The notes: generated from the letters alone by a model not told the origin. 63,606 bases of DNA, filler included, from Octopus bimaculoides (GCF_001194135.2; 8 parts of 6 records of this genome joined end to end with filler, not necessarily neighbours in it); one strand, 5' to 3'; counted from the whole stretch's first letter, positions 12,766 to 27,282 are shown. Numbers and translations are program-made.

Positions 12766-13428
12766 CATACACTAACATATGTCCATCCATGTGTATGTAT
12801 ACACATGGATGGACGGACGGATGGATGGACGGACGGATGGATGGATGGACGGATGGATGGATGGATCATAAGAATGATAAAAACTGAGTTTTTATGACGC
12901 CTTTACTCAGTTTCTCGTTCGTTTTACTTTTGAATGCAACAAAGGATTTTATTGAAACAAACGAACTTCTTTCGAAGATTTAAACGCTTACAATGTAAAA
13001 ATTAAAACCCAAAATATGTGAAATATGATGGTTGGCAGAGTATCTAGGTGCAAAATTAAAAAAATCTAAGTGAGAGAAAAAGATGTGTGTGTGTGTGAGT
13101 GTGTGTGTGTGAGTGTGTGTGTGTGTGTGCAGATGGGCAGAAAGAAGAAGAAGAAGAAGAAGAAGAAGAAGAAGAAGAAGAAGAAGAAGAATGATGCAAG
13201 AAATTGTCGAAGAAAGGAGAGAATAAGCAATGAAATGACAGGAGGAGTGGGGAAATGAAGTGAGAGGAAGTTACAATAAAATAAAAGAAGGAAGAGGGAA
13301 AAAATGGGATGGAGAGAGAGAGAGACATATATATTGATAATACAGAAAGAACAGCTGACCGGTACTTAAAACAAAGTAAAAATAAAGTTAGAAAAAGTAA
13401 ACTTGAATTATATGCGTGTGTGTGTGTG

Positions 13429-13543
<115 letters not shown>

Positions 13544-13844
13544 TTGTGTGTGTGTGTATAGAGTAGTTAAACGGTGATTTTTTTTATCAATGAATGAGGA
13601 AGAGCGAACTCAATAAGTACTAGAGAGTATAATATGGGGAGATGCTGTGAATTTTTTCAATGCGGTCAACGTCTCACCCGACAATTACAGTGGCGTGAAA
13701 ACTGGATCGCGAAAAAATAATTATATATACGTGTGTATATGTATGTATGTGTGTGCGTGTTGTGTGTGTGTATTATACAGATAAATACATACATACATAC
13801 ACACATATACATATATAATAAAATACATATATATATATGTGTTC

Positions 13845-13880
13845 CTTTCTGTCGAAGAGCGTAGGCTCGAAACGTAAAAA
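13845..13880 (+). ncRNA. Candidate hammerhead-like motif of a second family (A6U variant)
   Basis: CUUU-CUGUCGA-A-GAGC(GUAG)GCUC-GAAA-CGUA^AAA: perfect stem II, ACGU palindrome, weak U-A stem I, non-canonical position 6. Confidence 0.45.
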
Positions 13881-14000
13881 ACTTTCTCACTTCCCGAACG
13901 TTAAACTAATACATCTGTTTGTTGTTTACACACCCGTCTTCGTCTTTTGCTTTTCTTGTTAATTCTCACTATATATGTGTGTGTGTGTGTATGTGTGTGT

Positions 14001-14040
<40 letters not shown>

Positions 14041-14533
14041 ACATATATAGATATATGTATACATATATATATANNNNNNNNNNNNNNNNNNNNNNNNNNN
14101 NNNNNNNNNNNNNNNNNNNNNNNNNNNNNNNNNNNNNNNNNNNNNNNNNNNNNNNNNNNNNNNNNNNNNNNNNNNNNNNNNNNNNNNNNNNNNNNNNNNN
14201 NNNNNNNNNNNNNNNNNNNNNNNNNNNNNNNNNNNNNNNNNNNNNNNNNNNNNNNNNNNNNNNNNNNNNNNNNNNNNNNNNNNNNNNNNNNNNNNNNNNN
14301 NNNNNNNNNNNNNNNNNNNNNNNNNNNCTCATCGATGAAAATCCACTATCACATATAGAAAAATTAATAATTAAAAGCACAATAAATGAGTATAATATAA
14401 AGTAAAGTAAATATCATAAGATAAATATAATATATTTTATATATACTTTATCTATAAGGCTCAATTTAATTTTAATTTTTATAAATTGATTTTAATTGAG
14501 TTTTTTACCTGTAATTTTGGATTTTGTGCCTAA

Positions 14534-14572
<39 letters not shown>

Positions 14573-14680
14573 TTATATACACACATGCACATACACACAC
14601 ATGCACGCACAGAGACGCACATCGCACACTGCACATACACACAACACGCATACATCACATGCATTCACACATACACATTG

Positions 14681-14711
<31 letters not shown>

Positions 14712-15413
14712 CAGATAGATAGATAGAATGTGTATGCTGTTTATGTGTATGTTTGTTAATGTGTGTGTATGTGTGTGTCTGTGCGCGCACACGCGCATTG
14801 TTTTGTAAAGAGAGAAAGAGAGCGAGGTGGAGAGTTTAACAGTAGAACTCCAGTAATACAATGTACAGAAGCCAATTGAATCAAAGCTTTCATTCTTGAA
14901 AAATAAAATAATATAAAATAAAATAAGCATTGTGCCTAAAATCAAAATAGTGAAACCAACAAGTATTTGACTCATGTGTAAAATACGCTAATATAAGCTA
15001 CTCCATTCACTTCGAGAGCAATAGCTCAATAATAAAAACGGCAGCCATTTTACGAGTAAAACTTATCCGCCGCAAACACACACACACACATAGGTACAAA
15101 CATACACGTACATCCATACATAAGTGACAACACATATTCATGTTCACACCCATACAGACGCCGCATACACACATACACACACACATACACATGCAAGCAC
15201 GCACATACACTCGTTAAAGGTTTTGAAGAAAAAGTACTTTCGAGATCATAGTCAACATCCTTGCCTCTCCTCTTTATTTTTATTATAACCACTTATAGGT
15301 CAAGAGATTATAAATGTATAAGCATTTGGATAATTCTGCTCCTGTTATATACGCATTCATACACAAGTATATACACATTTGCATATCTAAACACACTCAC
15401 GCGCACAAACACG

Positions 15414-15466
<53 letters not shown>

Positions 15467-15610
15467 GAGAAATGGTAGAATCGTTTGAATGTCGAACAGA
15501 GTGCTTGAGTTGCACGTTCCTGCGCTTCGAGTTCAAATCCTGCCGGGAACAACTTTGTCTTTTACCTTTTCGGCCGCCATTAAAGTACCGTTCAAATATT
15601 GAGAACGGCT

Positions 15611-15649
<39 letters not shown>

Positions 15650-17249
15650 CTATCTCTCCCTCCCTCTTCCTATCGCTCTCTCTCTCTGAATCGGTTGGCT
15701 ACGTTGCAGAAAACCCAGAAACCCTTCACTAAGCCCAACACCACCACCTTTCTTGAGAAATGAGAATTGGCGGAGCTACGCTTTTTTTCACTCTCCGTGG
15801 ACAGAACGGTGTGAACTACAGCACGGAACGGTATCATATATTAAGTTGTTGCTGATGTCGTTTAGCTTTGAAAAAGAAGGCCTATGATGAAAAATGCTTC
15901 TGTGACCAGAAGGTAAATAGGATTACATTATCCAATGTATCCTTTCCTCTCTTAGGAAAAATATAGCGTGATTTGAGGTTAATTTAACTATCATTTCTAG
16001 AAAATCTATTGAGAGCGTAGAGCCTCATTTGTTCGTTGTTGCTGTTGTTATTGATGGTGGTAGGGGAGATGTTTTTGTAGTTGTAATTGTTGCTTATCCC
16101 TAGACCTATGACCGTAGACATTCTAGCCGTAACCATCTAGTTTTAAAACGATAGAATCATTGTTTTCATAGAAATTACTTTAATAGTAAACTTAGGTCTT
16201 TTGATGTTTGTATTCAAAAATCGGGAGATATTTCGCAATTTATTTGCCTGGGATTATGGAACCATTAGTTTGCAGTTTTCGTTGATGGCATTATAAATCT
16301 GGGGAAGAATTGTTGGATGTATAATTTCAGTGATTTTAGCCACGCTCTCGTTAGGTACAGTTAGGTGTTTCCAATTTTGGATGGTTGTTTCCAACTTAAA
16401 CCGGGCATCTAAATCTCTCGCCGAAGATGCTGCCTTATCACATATCGATAACTTCATTAATGTCACTGCACTGAGAGTGACTTTTCCGTGTTTTGTTTAG
16501 CCGGCCATCCGTGGCTTTTATGAAGACCATCTCGTGGAGGCAAATTTATGGAACAAGTTAGATGGGCGAGCCAGGCCTAGCTAACCTGTCTTAACACGTG
16601 AACGGCTATTAGCCATAGTGTTTTCATTCCATTCATCTTCCACCCCTACATGTATTGTTTGAAAACTGTGTTAGGTTGAAGAATACGGTAAGCAGGGGAC
16701 TCTGAAACAATGCAAAATTGATATGTTTATCCGGATTGGAGCTAAACTTAAAGAGAAATTTTTTAAAATCTAAACTTGATTGGTGTCGTTACTTATTCTT
16801 CTATGGAGTTGCTACACATTTTTTAAATGCCAAAATGTAGCTAGGGACCAGTCCTCTTCCAAAAAGTTAACAGTTTTCAATTTGGTTAAGAACTGAATTA
16901 GCAACAAGCTCTGAAAGATGCTGCGTGTGAGTAAATTGCGGCCTTAAGAACATTCTATCATTCAACTACTACCGTAGTTGAATGATAGAATGTTGAAGAA
17001 ATAGCTAAAGATTGGAAGAACGATTTTGTGATTAGGAAGCCAAAAGTATGTCTATATTTTGGTCTTTAGCTTCAAAGGTTTGGCAATTGGAGGGCTATAG
17101 CCCTGAGTAGCATAACGTTAAAGTGTTGTCTGCTTAATTCAGAATAGGAGACTGATTTCATTGGAAAGTATAGTAAGGAATGAATAAATTGGTCTCTGGT
17201 GATCGCAAGGTTTTATCAACGCGATATTTTTGTTCAGCCATAATAAACT

Positions 17250-17580
17250 GGCATTCTGTCGGTTTCGACGACGAGGGTTCCAGTTGATCCGATCAACGGA
17301 ACAGCCTGCTCGTGAAATTAACGTGCAAATGGCTGAGCACTCCACAGACACATGTACCCTTAACGTAGTTCTCAGAGAAATTCAGCATGACACAGAGTGT
17401 GACAAGGCCGGCCCTCTGAAACACACGTACTACTCATTTTTGCTAGCTGAGTGGACTGGAGTAACGTGAAATAAAGTGTCTTGTTCAAGGACACAATGCG
17501 TTGCCTGGAGTTGAACTCACGACCTTGCGATCGTGAGCCGAATATCCTAGTCATTAAGCCACGCGCCTTCACACAGCCAT
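17250..17580 (-). mobile_element. Second CORE-type tRNA SINE (octopus OR1-like)
   Basis: Reverse complement: gaaggcgcgtggcttaatg..gtgagttcaactcc (B box), CORE-like gtgtccttgaacaagacactt, long tail ending gttgatcggatcaactggaaccctcgt. Partial relatives at about 4520-4630, 5050-5160 and 23210-23421 (+). Confidence 0.75.
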
Positions 17581-19959
17581 AATATACAATATGATGAATT
17601 TAGGCAACCTTTGGTAATAATTTCTGTTGATCTTTTAAAGGCTTTTGATAATATACACAGCGTTGCGGTTTGGAAGGTATTATTTAACTAAAATTTGCTT
17701 GAAATGTATGTCAAACTAATATGTGCATCATACTGGAGAGATAAATGTCGAGTAAGCGTACACGTTCAGCTCTGGAATTAATTTTAAGTTGTGAGTGAAG
17801 CGCTGCAGAGAATTATTCTCGTATTTCTGTTCTCATAAACTATATCACGAAGAAAACAATCAGGGATGAAAAAAAAGGAAAGAAATGGATTTATAGAAAG
17901 TTTTAGCAGATTTTAATTATACTGCTGATGTCGTCTTACTTTGTAATGAAACATCTAAAATGCAAACAATGGTAGACAACAGTTGTTAGGCAACCATTTT
18001 ATAAGTACCACCCACTTCTAAACATTGCAAGGTTGGAACTCCCATCAAACTAAAAATAATTTTGAAACTAACGCATCAAATGACAATTACTACAGCTTAA
18101 ATAAAAGTTTAATTAATTAATGATTAAGATTTAATGACTAATGTCTTGCTTACTCAAACTCTAAGCAAAAATACTTGAGACAAAACTATTTCTTTTCTAC
18201 GGATATCTAACCATCTGTGGACTACATCATAACACACTCAAAGCATACAAACATGATGTTACATCATATGATAGTAACAGTTACTCAGTGTGTTCCGTGA
18301 GCTTAATATTTTTATCAAGAATCAAAACATCTGGAGAAAACTTTATTAATGTGAGACATATTAATGTGAAGAACAACGTAGAAACAGAGAGGAGCACAAG
18401 TATTGTTGCAGTGTCTTTGCTTAGTCACACGACTCTGTGACTTTGGCTTCTGTATCGTGTTGGAAGATGAGGTCTTCGAATAATCTTGGATCTGTCACTT
18501 GATCCACGTCAATAATGAAAAGATCAAAGATCCAGTCGGGTAACATCGGTGGTGGTGGTGGTGGTGGCAGTAGTGGCAGTGGTGGTGGTTATAGTGGTGG
18601 TTATAGTGATAGTGACGGTGGTGGTGACGGTGGGAATGGTGGTGGTGGTGGTGGTGTGGTGGTGGTGGTGATGTTGATGGTTATGTTGGCGCTGGTGCTG
18701 GTGCTGGTGAGGGCAGTGGTGATTTTGATTTGTTGTTGTTGNNNNNNNNNNNNNNNNNNNNNNNNNNNNNNNNNNNNNNNNNNNNNNNNNNNNNNNNNNN
18801 NNNNNNNNNNNNNNNNNNNNNNNNNNNNNNNNNNNNNNNNNNNNNNNNNNNNNNNNNNNNNNNNNNNNNNNNNNNNNNNNNNNNNNNNNNNNNNNNNNNN
18901 NNNNNNNNNNNNNNNNNNNNNNNNNNNNNNNNNNNNNNNNNNNNNNNNNNNNNNNNNNNNNNNNNNNNNNNNNNNNNNNNNNNNNNNNNNNNNNNNNNNN
19001 NNNNNNNNNNNNNNNNNNNNNNNNNNNNNNNNNNNNNNNNNNNNNNNNNNNNNNNNNNNNNNNNNNNNNNNNNNNNNNNNNNNNNNNNNNNNNNNNNNNN
19101 NNNNNNNNNNNNNNNNNNNNNNNNNNNNNNNNNNNNNNNNNNNNNNNNNNNNNNNNNNNNNNNNNNNNNNNNNNNNNNNNNNNNNNNNNNNNNNNNNNNN
19201 NNNNNNNNNNNNNNNNNNNNNNNNNNNNNNNNNNNNNNNNNNNNNNNNNNNNNNNNNNNNNNNNNNNNNNNNNNNNNNNNNNNNNNNNNNNNNNNNNNNN
19301 NNNNNNNNNNNNNNNNNNNNNNNNNNNNNNNNNNNNNNNNNNNNNNNNNNNNNNNNNNNNNNNNNNNNNNNNNNNNNNNNNNNNNNNNNNNNNNNNNNNN
19401 NNNNNNNNNNNNNNNNNNNNNNNNNNNNNNNNNNNNNNNNNNNNNNNNNNNNNNNNNNNNNNNNNNNNNNNNNNNNNNNNNNNNNNNNNNNNNNNNNNNN
19501 NNNNNNNNNNNNNNNNNNNNNNNNNNNNNNNNNNNNNNNNNNNNNNNNNNNNNNNNNNNNNNNNNNNNNNNNNNNNNNNNNNNNNNNNNNNNNNNNNNNN
19601 NNNNNNNNNNNNNNNNNNNNNNNNNNNNNNNNNNNNNNNNNNNNNNNNNNNNNNNNNNNNNNNNNNNNNNNNNNNNNNNNNNNNNNNNNNNNNNATTATG
19701 TATGCACGTATATTATGTATATATGTATGTATGTATATATGTATGTTTGTTTGTGTGTGTGTCATTATTCAGTATATTTCAAGATTTCTTGCCAAAAGAG
19801 AAAGATCCGGTCTCTAACCTAAATCCAAGGCTCCTTCATTGGAATTCCAACATTAACAACAGGGTAGTTTTGTTTGTATGTACGTAAGTATGTATGTATG
19901 CATGTATGTATGTATGTATGTATGTATATGTGCACATTTGTATATTTTGTTTTATGTAT

Positions 19960-22750
19960 GTATTCTCATGCATATAGTTGCATATCTAGACATGCTCATA
20001 TATATTTAAATGATTAACTTCTGGAAAGTTTTACAGATTTTCACAGTTCGAGTGACAGATTGGATCTGTAGTCTTCGAATTAGCTTTCTCCTTTCTGGTT
20101 TTAAGAAGCTTAATTTCTCAAGCTATTTCCGCAACTGTACAGGTTCTCTTATCTATCCCAAATCATTATATCAGCTCTGTTATACTTACATTTTATTGAG
20201 GATTTCGCTGGGACATTCCACCAATACTCCTTTTTATTATGAGTGGCTATGGCTTTGTCCTCGGAGTTATCTTTTCGACAGAATTTCATTATAGTGTCCT
20301 GGCTACAAAATCACGTCTCATCAGTAGATAATATTGTGATGACATTTTCGGACAACTGCTTATGATGTGGATGATATCTTCGGTGTTAACTTCGCAAAGT
20401 CTGCATCGGTTGTCACATTTAGCGGCTTTTCTTGCATCTCTGTCCCTTTTGTGCATCAAGTACTAGGCTGATATTTCCTGTTCCTGGATTGCAAACACAT
20501 ACTTTTCAAAGTGATGAGTAGCAATCTGGCTATTCGTCCATGATAGACTGCCTTCATGATCAACGATACTATGGTCTCGGATCTTTCTACTAACATGTCC
20601 ATGCATAGTCTTCTGCTCACATAGGCTCATCCTTTCATCTGATGATACGTTGCGGTAGAGTCGTGCGACTTCTTCTGGCATGTATTCTAGGTTATCAGTC
20701 AAAGAATGTTGATCAAGGAGTTACCTTCTAAGTTTTATGATGTTATCGGCCTCATGTATTCAAACTTGGTCAAGGGATGCACTTCGACACTTGGTTATTA
20801 AAAGATGATGCCGAAGGGATATGATACGACATTCAACGGCATTTTGGATCGATGTTAAGCCACTGCCACCTTATTTTCGTTTTAGGTAGGTGCGCTTTAC
20901 GTCACTGTTTATGTGGAAATTATGTGTGCTTGTTAGTATTTCTCGGGTTTTCACATCAACGTTTCGGATCTTATTAAGCGTCCAATCAAGCAGCCAAATG
21001 TTGGTATGAGTATTGGCACTGCAAATACTCACATGGGCCACTGTTTTATTGAATGCAGAGAGTTTTGAGGTCCAAATTTTCTTTATTCGGCTGTAATATT
21101 CTTTGGTGACACGTGTTTTGTTACAGTTGCCATTGTAAGATATGTTTTCATCCGCCCCTAGATACCTGTAACATTCCTCGTCAGATATTCGGGAAGCAAT
21201 CAAGTCTTTGATGGAAATGTTGCTAGTCTGGTTTACAGTTTTCCCCCTTTTCACAACTGTATAACAACATTTTTCCTGACCAAACTCCAACTCTACATCC
21301 TTTGAGAATGTTGTAATTAGGTCAAGGCTCTTTTTCATCTCCAGCATATTCTTTGCATAAAGCTTCAAGTCATCCACAAAGAAACATTGTGTAATTTTGG
21401 TATTTCTGTTTCCTTGTGAACCAGTGAGTTACCCTTTAGACTTCCTTAACATGAATGACGAGGGGTTTACAGAAAGTATAAACAACATCACAGAGAGGCT
21501 GTCACCTGAAATATGCCTTGGCGACACTGTATTCTATTAGTGAGAATACGGTCATTTCTTTGTGTTTAATTTCAAGATGGTGGCCCACGATGAAGTCAGG
21601 TCAGTTATGACTTTGACTATGCTGACTGGAACTTTAACAAGTTGAAGGGCTCCTAACATCCATGAGTGGGGAACAGAGTCAAAGGCTTTCATGTAGAGTC
21701 TGGCCACATTGAAACTAGGTTCCTCCAATACTTTCGCACCTCTGACATCACAGTTTTGTTGATTAACAATTGCTTGGCACATCACAAGACTCCCTTCTTC
21801 CCAGCTGCTTGCTCTGTTGTTGTGATGTTATTGGTTTCACAATGGTCCTGGAGGAAGAGGCTTAAGCATGCTGTATATATCTTATACATTAAGTTCTGGC
21901 ATGCAAATGGCCGGTAGTTTTTTGCCATGTGGGTGGTTCTGCATTTCGGTATCAATTTTGTCTCTGCCAGAGCTAACCAGCGTGGTATGCTACTGTTCCC
22001 ATTGAGAACTTGCTGGGACAGATTGGTAAGATATGGTCGGTAGAAGGTTAGCTTCTTGTACCAATATCCAACAATCAAGTCTCTTCCAGGTGCTTTTCCA
22101 TCCTGGAGTTTCTGGATCACAGTTGCAAGAGTATCACCTTCAATACTGTATGTCTTGAACAATAACGCAAGATCAATAACTTCTTCGGATTTCTGGCAGC
22201 CACAGAGCATCTTTGTTAAACTCCTTCTCTTCATTCCAGATTTTCCTCCAAACGGATTCTATGTCTTCTTGTGAAGGAGCTTCCGTGATGTTCCCTGCTC
22301 CTCCTCCCATGTCTCTGTATACGGCTGCCTGGTTCCGGTTATTCTCTTCTGATGTCGGAGTTTCTCACTGACAGCTTTCAGCTCCTGTTTGAGGATAATC
22401 AGTCTGCAAGTGAATGTCCTGTTTTTGCTGTCTTCAAGCATCATTTCTGTTTCCTTCTTTACTTTCTGTTGGTGGAACGTAGAGCGACTTGCTTGTCTGC
22501 ACACAATAAGCATCATCACATGACTGATGGTCTTCCGTAAACCAGTTATTTTTTCTGTCTTCAAAACCCATGATGGTACTTCTTTTGCTGTTTCGGTTTT
22601 GTTCACTTTTTGAATTCTCATTCCTGTATTGTTTTGCACTAGTAGCCAGGGCGTATAGACAGGCGTTACTCTGCCAGAATGTGGGGTCATAACAGATTGA
22701 ATTGAACCGGAAACTCTTTGTCTTCTTTATTAACAATAAGCAACGAAAAT
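19960..22750 (-). mobile_element. Decayed R4/Dong-type non-LTR retrotransposon (RT + CCHC + restriction-like endonuclease)
   Basis: Frameshifted pieces in the expected order: KAPGRD..YRPFACQNLMYKIYT, KAFDSVPHSW, FFVDDLKLYAK, YRYLG, MHGH..AIQEQEI, CRLCEVNTEDIIHIISSC (zinc knuckle), EYWWN..YNRADIMIWD (PD-D/ExK RLE), and terminal IRRLQIQSV..VKICKTF. Confidence 0.88.
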
Positions 22751-23539
22751 GCCTTCCTTTATTTTTAATTCGCTTTATACCTGAGTTTAAACTTCATTAT
22801 TTGTTTCTAACATGAGCTTAACTAACAGTCTGGTTGTTGACAGAAATAATGGTTTATGTAATTACTAGGGCATGGCTTATGAGTAATTAATTTGCAGAAT
22901 AATATCTAACCTCACTGTGAAATTAGGCTCATGAGGAACTTTCCGGCAACTAATAAACAAACCAATGGATTTCACTGTGGTTTGACAATTCGTTAACATT
23001 AACTCACTTCCTCCTAACAATCGGTCGAGATAATTAGTGGAAGGTTAATGAGGATTCCAGACTGACGCCTTACAATTATTACTAAACTACCACTAATATA
23101 TCGTGGGCTATGACTAATACGAGTGTGCATGTGTGTGCGTGTGCATGTGTGTGCGTGTGCGTGTGTGTGCGTGCGTGCATGCGTGCGGGGAGTGGGGTGA
23201 AGGTAAATGGCTAGTTGTTAAAGTGCTGCACTGATGATCGCACGTTTATGGTTTCGATTCCCAGACCGGCGGTACGTTATCTTCTTGAGAATAACACACT
23301 TTATTTCACATTGCTCCAATCCACCAAGCAGGTAGTATCATTCGGAAAAGCTAAAACAATGAGAAGGGAATTGTGATCAGCGGTGTATAACACCTGATAG
23401 TCTGGTCGATACCGTGATACCNNNNNNNNNNNNNNNNNNNNNNNNNNNNNNNNNNNNNNNNNNNNTTAATTAATTAANNNNNNNNNNNNNNNNNNNNNNN
23501 NNNNNNNNNNNNNNNNNNNNNTATATATACATATATACA

Positions 23540-23702
23540 TATATACGATCGGCTTCTTTTAGTTTCCGCCTACCAAATCCACTCACAAGGCTTTGGTCGG
23601 CCCGAGGCTATAGTAGAAGACACTTGCCCAAGGTGCCACGCAGTGGGACTGAACCCGGAACCATGTGGTTGGTAAGCAAGCTACTTACCACACAGCCACA
23701 CC

Positions 23703-23705
<3 letters not shown>
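23540..23705 (-). mobile_element. OR2-like SINE 5' half
   Basis: Head + CORE segment at a contig edge. Confidence 0.75.
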
Positions 23706-23742
<37 letters not shown>

Positions 23743-24359
23743 ATAAAATTCGTTTATTTGCAGATTTTGTCCTTCTTTATTAATTATATGCACATCTATG
23801 TAAATAACCACCTATAATTTTTAAAAAATTCAATTTCATCTTGAAAACCTTAGATGTGCACATTTTTTCCTTTGTGCGCAGATTGCAAAATCCGTGTGCG
23901 CGCGAACAAATGCACAAATTCGAGGGAACTTAGTATAAACAGAAATGTCTTAATCTATATATTTGTGCATGTGGGAAGAACAACGAATGCACTCATCCAT
24001 ATGATGGATGTATATGTATCTTTATACTCGAGCTTATGCTTGGTTATTGCATTTGGTGCATATGTGTGTGTTTGTGTGGTGTATCTATACTGCATGCACG
24101 TCTGAAGGTATGTATAACCATTTCTCTTATTGGGAGACTCAGAATAAAGAATCTTCGGAATGTTTTGCGAATCTTTACTGTGATTTTAACTCATATCATG
24201 TCTAATGAAATGTGTGAGCATTTCTGTTAGCGTCTGTCAGCATTGTTGCGTCAATGTACGTACATAAGAGTACGCGCGATATGCTAGGTTCAACATGTGT
24301 AATATATACGTGATAACACTGAATTCATAATTCATATATATATATATATATATACTCTT

Positions 24360-24740
24360 TTACTTGTTTCAGTCATTTGACTGCGGCCATACTGGAGTAC
24401 CGCCTTTAGTCAAGCAAATCGACTCCAGGACTTATTCTTTGGAAGCCCAGTACTTATTCTATCGGTCTCTTTTGCCCGAACCGTTAAGTTACGGGGACGT
24501 AAACACACCAGCATCGGTTGTCAAGCGATGTTGGTGGGGGGGACAAACACACACACAGACAAATATATATATATACATATACATATATACGACAGGCTTC
24601 TTTCAGTTTCCGTCTACCAAATCCACTCACAAGGCTTTGGTCGGCCCGAGGCTATAGTAGAAGACGCTTGCCCAAGGTGCCACGCAGTGGGACTGAACCC
24701 GGAACCATGTGGCTGGTAAACGAGTTACTTACCACACAGA
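24360..24740 (-). mobile_element. OR2-like CORE SINE, near full length
   Basis: Complete head-CORE-(TA)n-tail architecture. Confidence 0.8.
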
Positions 24741-25262
24741 CTTATAGATTAGTTGGCAGATAGATTGATCGATCGATCGATCGATAGATAGATAGATGTT
24801 TATAGAGTATGCTATGGCATACGTGATGGATTCTTGCGAGTTGATTCCGCAAGCCACGTTCGATTCTCCGGTATAGCAATTACACTTTATTCTCTCTCTC
24901 TCTCTCTCTCTTTCTTTCTTTCACTTTCTCTCTTTCCCTCTCAGTTAATAACAATACAATGTTGTTACGCAAGTGTCACATGGTCAAGTAAGTGTCACAT
25001 TTAACACACACACACACACATTATTTATATTTATAAATCTATGTATGTATGTGTTTGTGTGTGTGTGTGTGTGTGTGTTTGTATGGGTGTGTGTTTGTGT
25101 GTGCATATGTATGTATATGAATGTGTGTATGTATGTATGTATGTACGCATGTGGTGGGTATTCACTTCCGCCTCTTAGTTGATGTTTATAAGTAGTATCT
25201 ATAGTTACCTTGATTGATATATAATTACATGTACTTATAGAATCATAGACACACACACACAC

Positions 25263-25307
<45 letters not shown>

Positions 25308-26449
25308 CACACACGTACTGAGAGGGAGAGAGTGAGATGTAATGTTGATGCACATTTTATCGCATGTATATAAACATGTAACTTGGTGTACATGCGTATA
25401 TTCTAAATTAAATAAGGGCGAATCCACCACTATGTACTCTTTATAAATAAGTTTTTGCCTGTCCAGTGTATTACATACANNNNNNNNNNNNNNNNNNNNN
25501 NNNNNNNNNNNNNNNNNNNNNNNNNNNNNNNNNNNNNNNNNNNNNNNNNNNNNNNNNNNNNNNNNNNNNNNNNNNNNNNNNNNNNNNNNNNNNNNNNNNN
25601 NNNNNNNNNNNNNNNNNNNNNNNNNNNNNNNNNNNNNNNNNNNNNNNNNNNNNNNNNNNNNNNNNNNNNNNNNNNNNNNNNNNNNNNNNNNNNNNNNNNN
25701 NNNNNNNNNNNNNNNNNNNNNNNNNNNNNNNNNNNNNNNNNNNNNNNNNNNNNNNNNNNNNNNNNNNNNNNNNNNNNNNNNNNNNNNNNNNNNNNNNNNN
25801 NNNNNNNNNNNNNNNNNNNNNNNNNNNNNNNNNNNNNNNNNNNNNNNNNNNNNNNNNNNNNNNNNNNNNNNNNNNNNNNNNNNNNNNNNNNNNNNNNNNN
25901 NNNNNNNNNNNNNNNNNNNNNNNNNNNNNNNNNNNNNNNNNNNNNNNNNNNNNNNNNNNNNNNNNNNNNNNNNNNNNNNNNNNNNNNNNNNNNNNNNNNN
26001 NNNNNNNNNNNNNNNNNNNNNNNNNNNNNNNNNNNNNNNNNNNNNNNNNNNNNNNNNNNNNNNNNNNNNNNNNNNNNNNNNNNNNNNNNNNNNNNNNNNN
26101 NNNNNNNNNNNNNNNNNNNNNNNNNNNNNNNNNNNNNNNNNNNNNNNNNNNNNNNNNNNNNNNNNNNNNNNNNNNNNNNNNNNNNNNNNNNNNNNNNNNN
26201 NNNNNNNNNNNNNNNNNNNNNNNNNNNNNNNNNNNNNNNNNNNNNNNNNNNNNNNNNNNNNNNNNNNNNNNNNNNNNNNNNNNNNNNNNNNNNNNNNNNN
26301 NNNNNNNNNNNTATTAATATATATAATCAAGAAGCAAGTCTCTTACATATTCGCGGCCACACACACACGTACGCACGCACGCACGCACGCACGCGCGCGC
26401 GCATATTTTATTTTCCTGTAATTGTCTACCTGCTAATTATATAAATCTG

Positions 26450-26800
26450 CGTTAAGGTGGCGACCTGGTAGAATCGTTAGCACGCCGGCCAAAGTGCTTA
26501 GCGGTATATCTTCTGCCTCGATAAATTAAGTACCAGTTACGCACTGGGGTCGATGTAATCGACTTAATCCCTTTGTCTGTCCTTGTTTGTCCCCTCTATG
26601 TTTAGCCCCTTGTGGGCAATAAAGAAATAGGTGTATCTTCTGCCTTTACGTTCTGACTTAAAATTCCGCCGAGGTCATTTTTGCATTTCATCCTTCAGTG
26701 GCAGAGATAAAATAAGTACCAGTTGAGTACTGGGATCGATGTAATAGACTTAACCCTCATCTCTAACTTGCTGGCCTTGTGCAAAAATTTGAAATTAACA
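26450..26800 (+). mobile_element. Nested family-A SINEs
   Basis: Head at 26450-26520 interrupted by a copy with the ..ttgtgggcaataaagaaata tail, then the first copy resumes. Confidence 0.75.
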
Positions 26801-27282
26801 TGTATTTCTTCGTTTGATCATGCCTATGTATGAGTGCCCGTGCGAGCACGTGTTTTCTACGTTATGCAGAAATATTTACGAATATAGGAAAGTAAGTGAC
26901 ATGTTTCAACCTTGTGCCTATGTGTTAGTGTGTAACTCTGTGCGTGTGTTTGTGTGGATATGTCTGTGTATATATATATATATATATATAAGATTTTTAA
27001 ACTTTTAAATTTTCATATTTGCATGTGTATGTATGCATATATATACGGGTAATATAGTATAGTAAAGAGAAATAAACAAAATAATTAATCTAGTGGAAAT
27101 CCACAGGAGAGCAATAAAAATAGAAAATTAAGGAGTTATCTCCCCTATAATAACAAACACGAAAGCTAACGATGTCCTAAAGNNNNNNNNNNNNNNNNNN
27201 NNNNNNNNNNNNNNNNNNNNNNNNNNTTAATTAATTAANNNNNNNNNNNNNNNNNNNNNNNNNNNNNNNNNNNNNNNNNNNN

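Noticed and set aside
16250-16620. Possible paired-domain/Tc1 transposase remnant
   Set aside because: Only a few residues (ICDK) resemble the family; insufficient.
18398-18545. Short minus-strand ORF MLPDWIFDLFIIDVDQVTDPRLFEDLIFQHDTEAKVTESCD*
   Set aside because: Protein-like composition but no recognisable family, no convincing acceptor, and separated from MRCK by artificial joins. A tBLASTx or RNA-seq check would settle it.
22900-23110. HDV-like ribozyme at the 5' end of the R4/Dong element
   Set aside because: A hairpin is present (attagtgg/ccactaat) but the nested double-pseudoknot elements could not be assigned.
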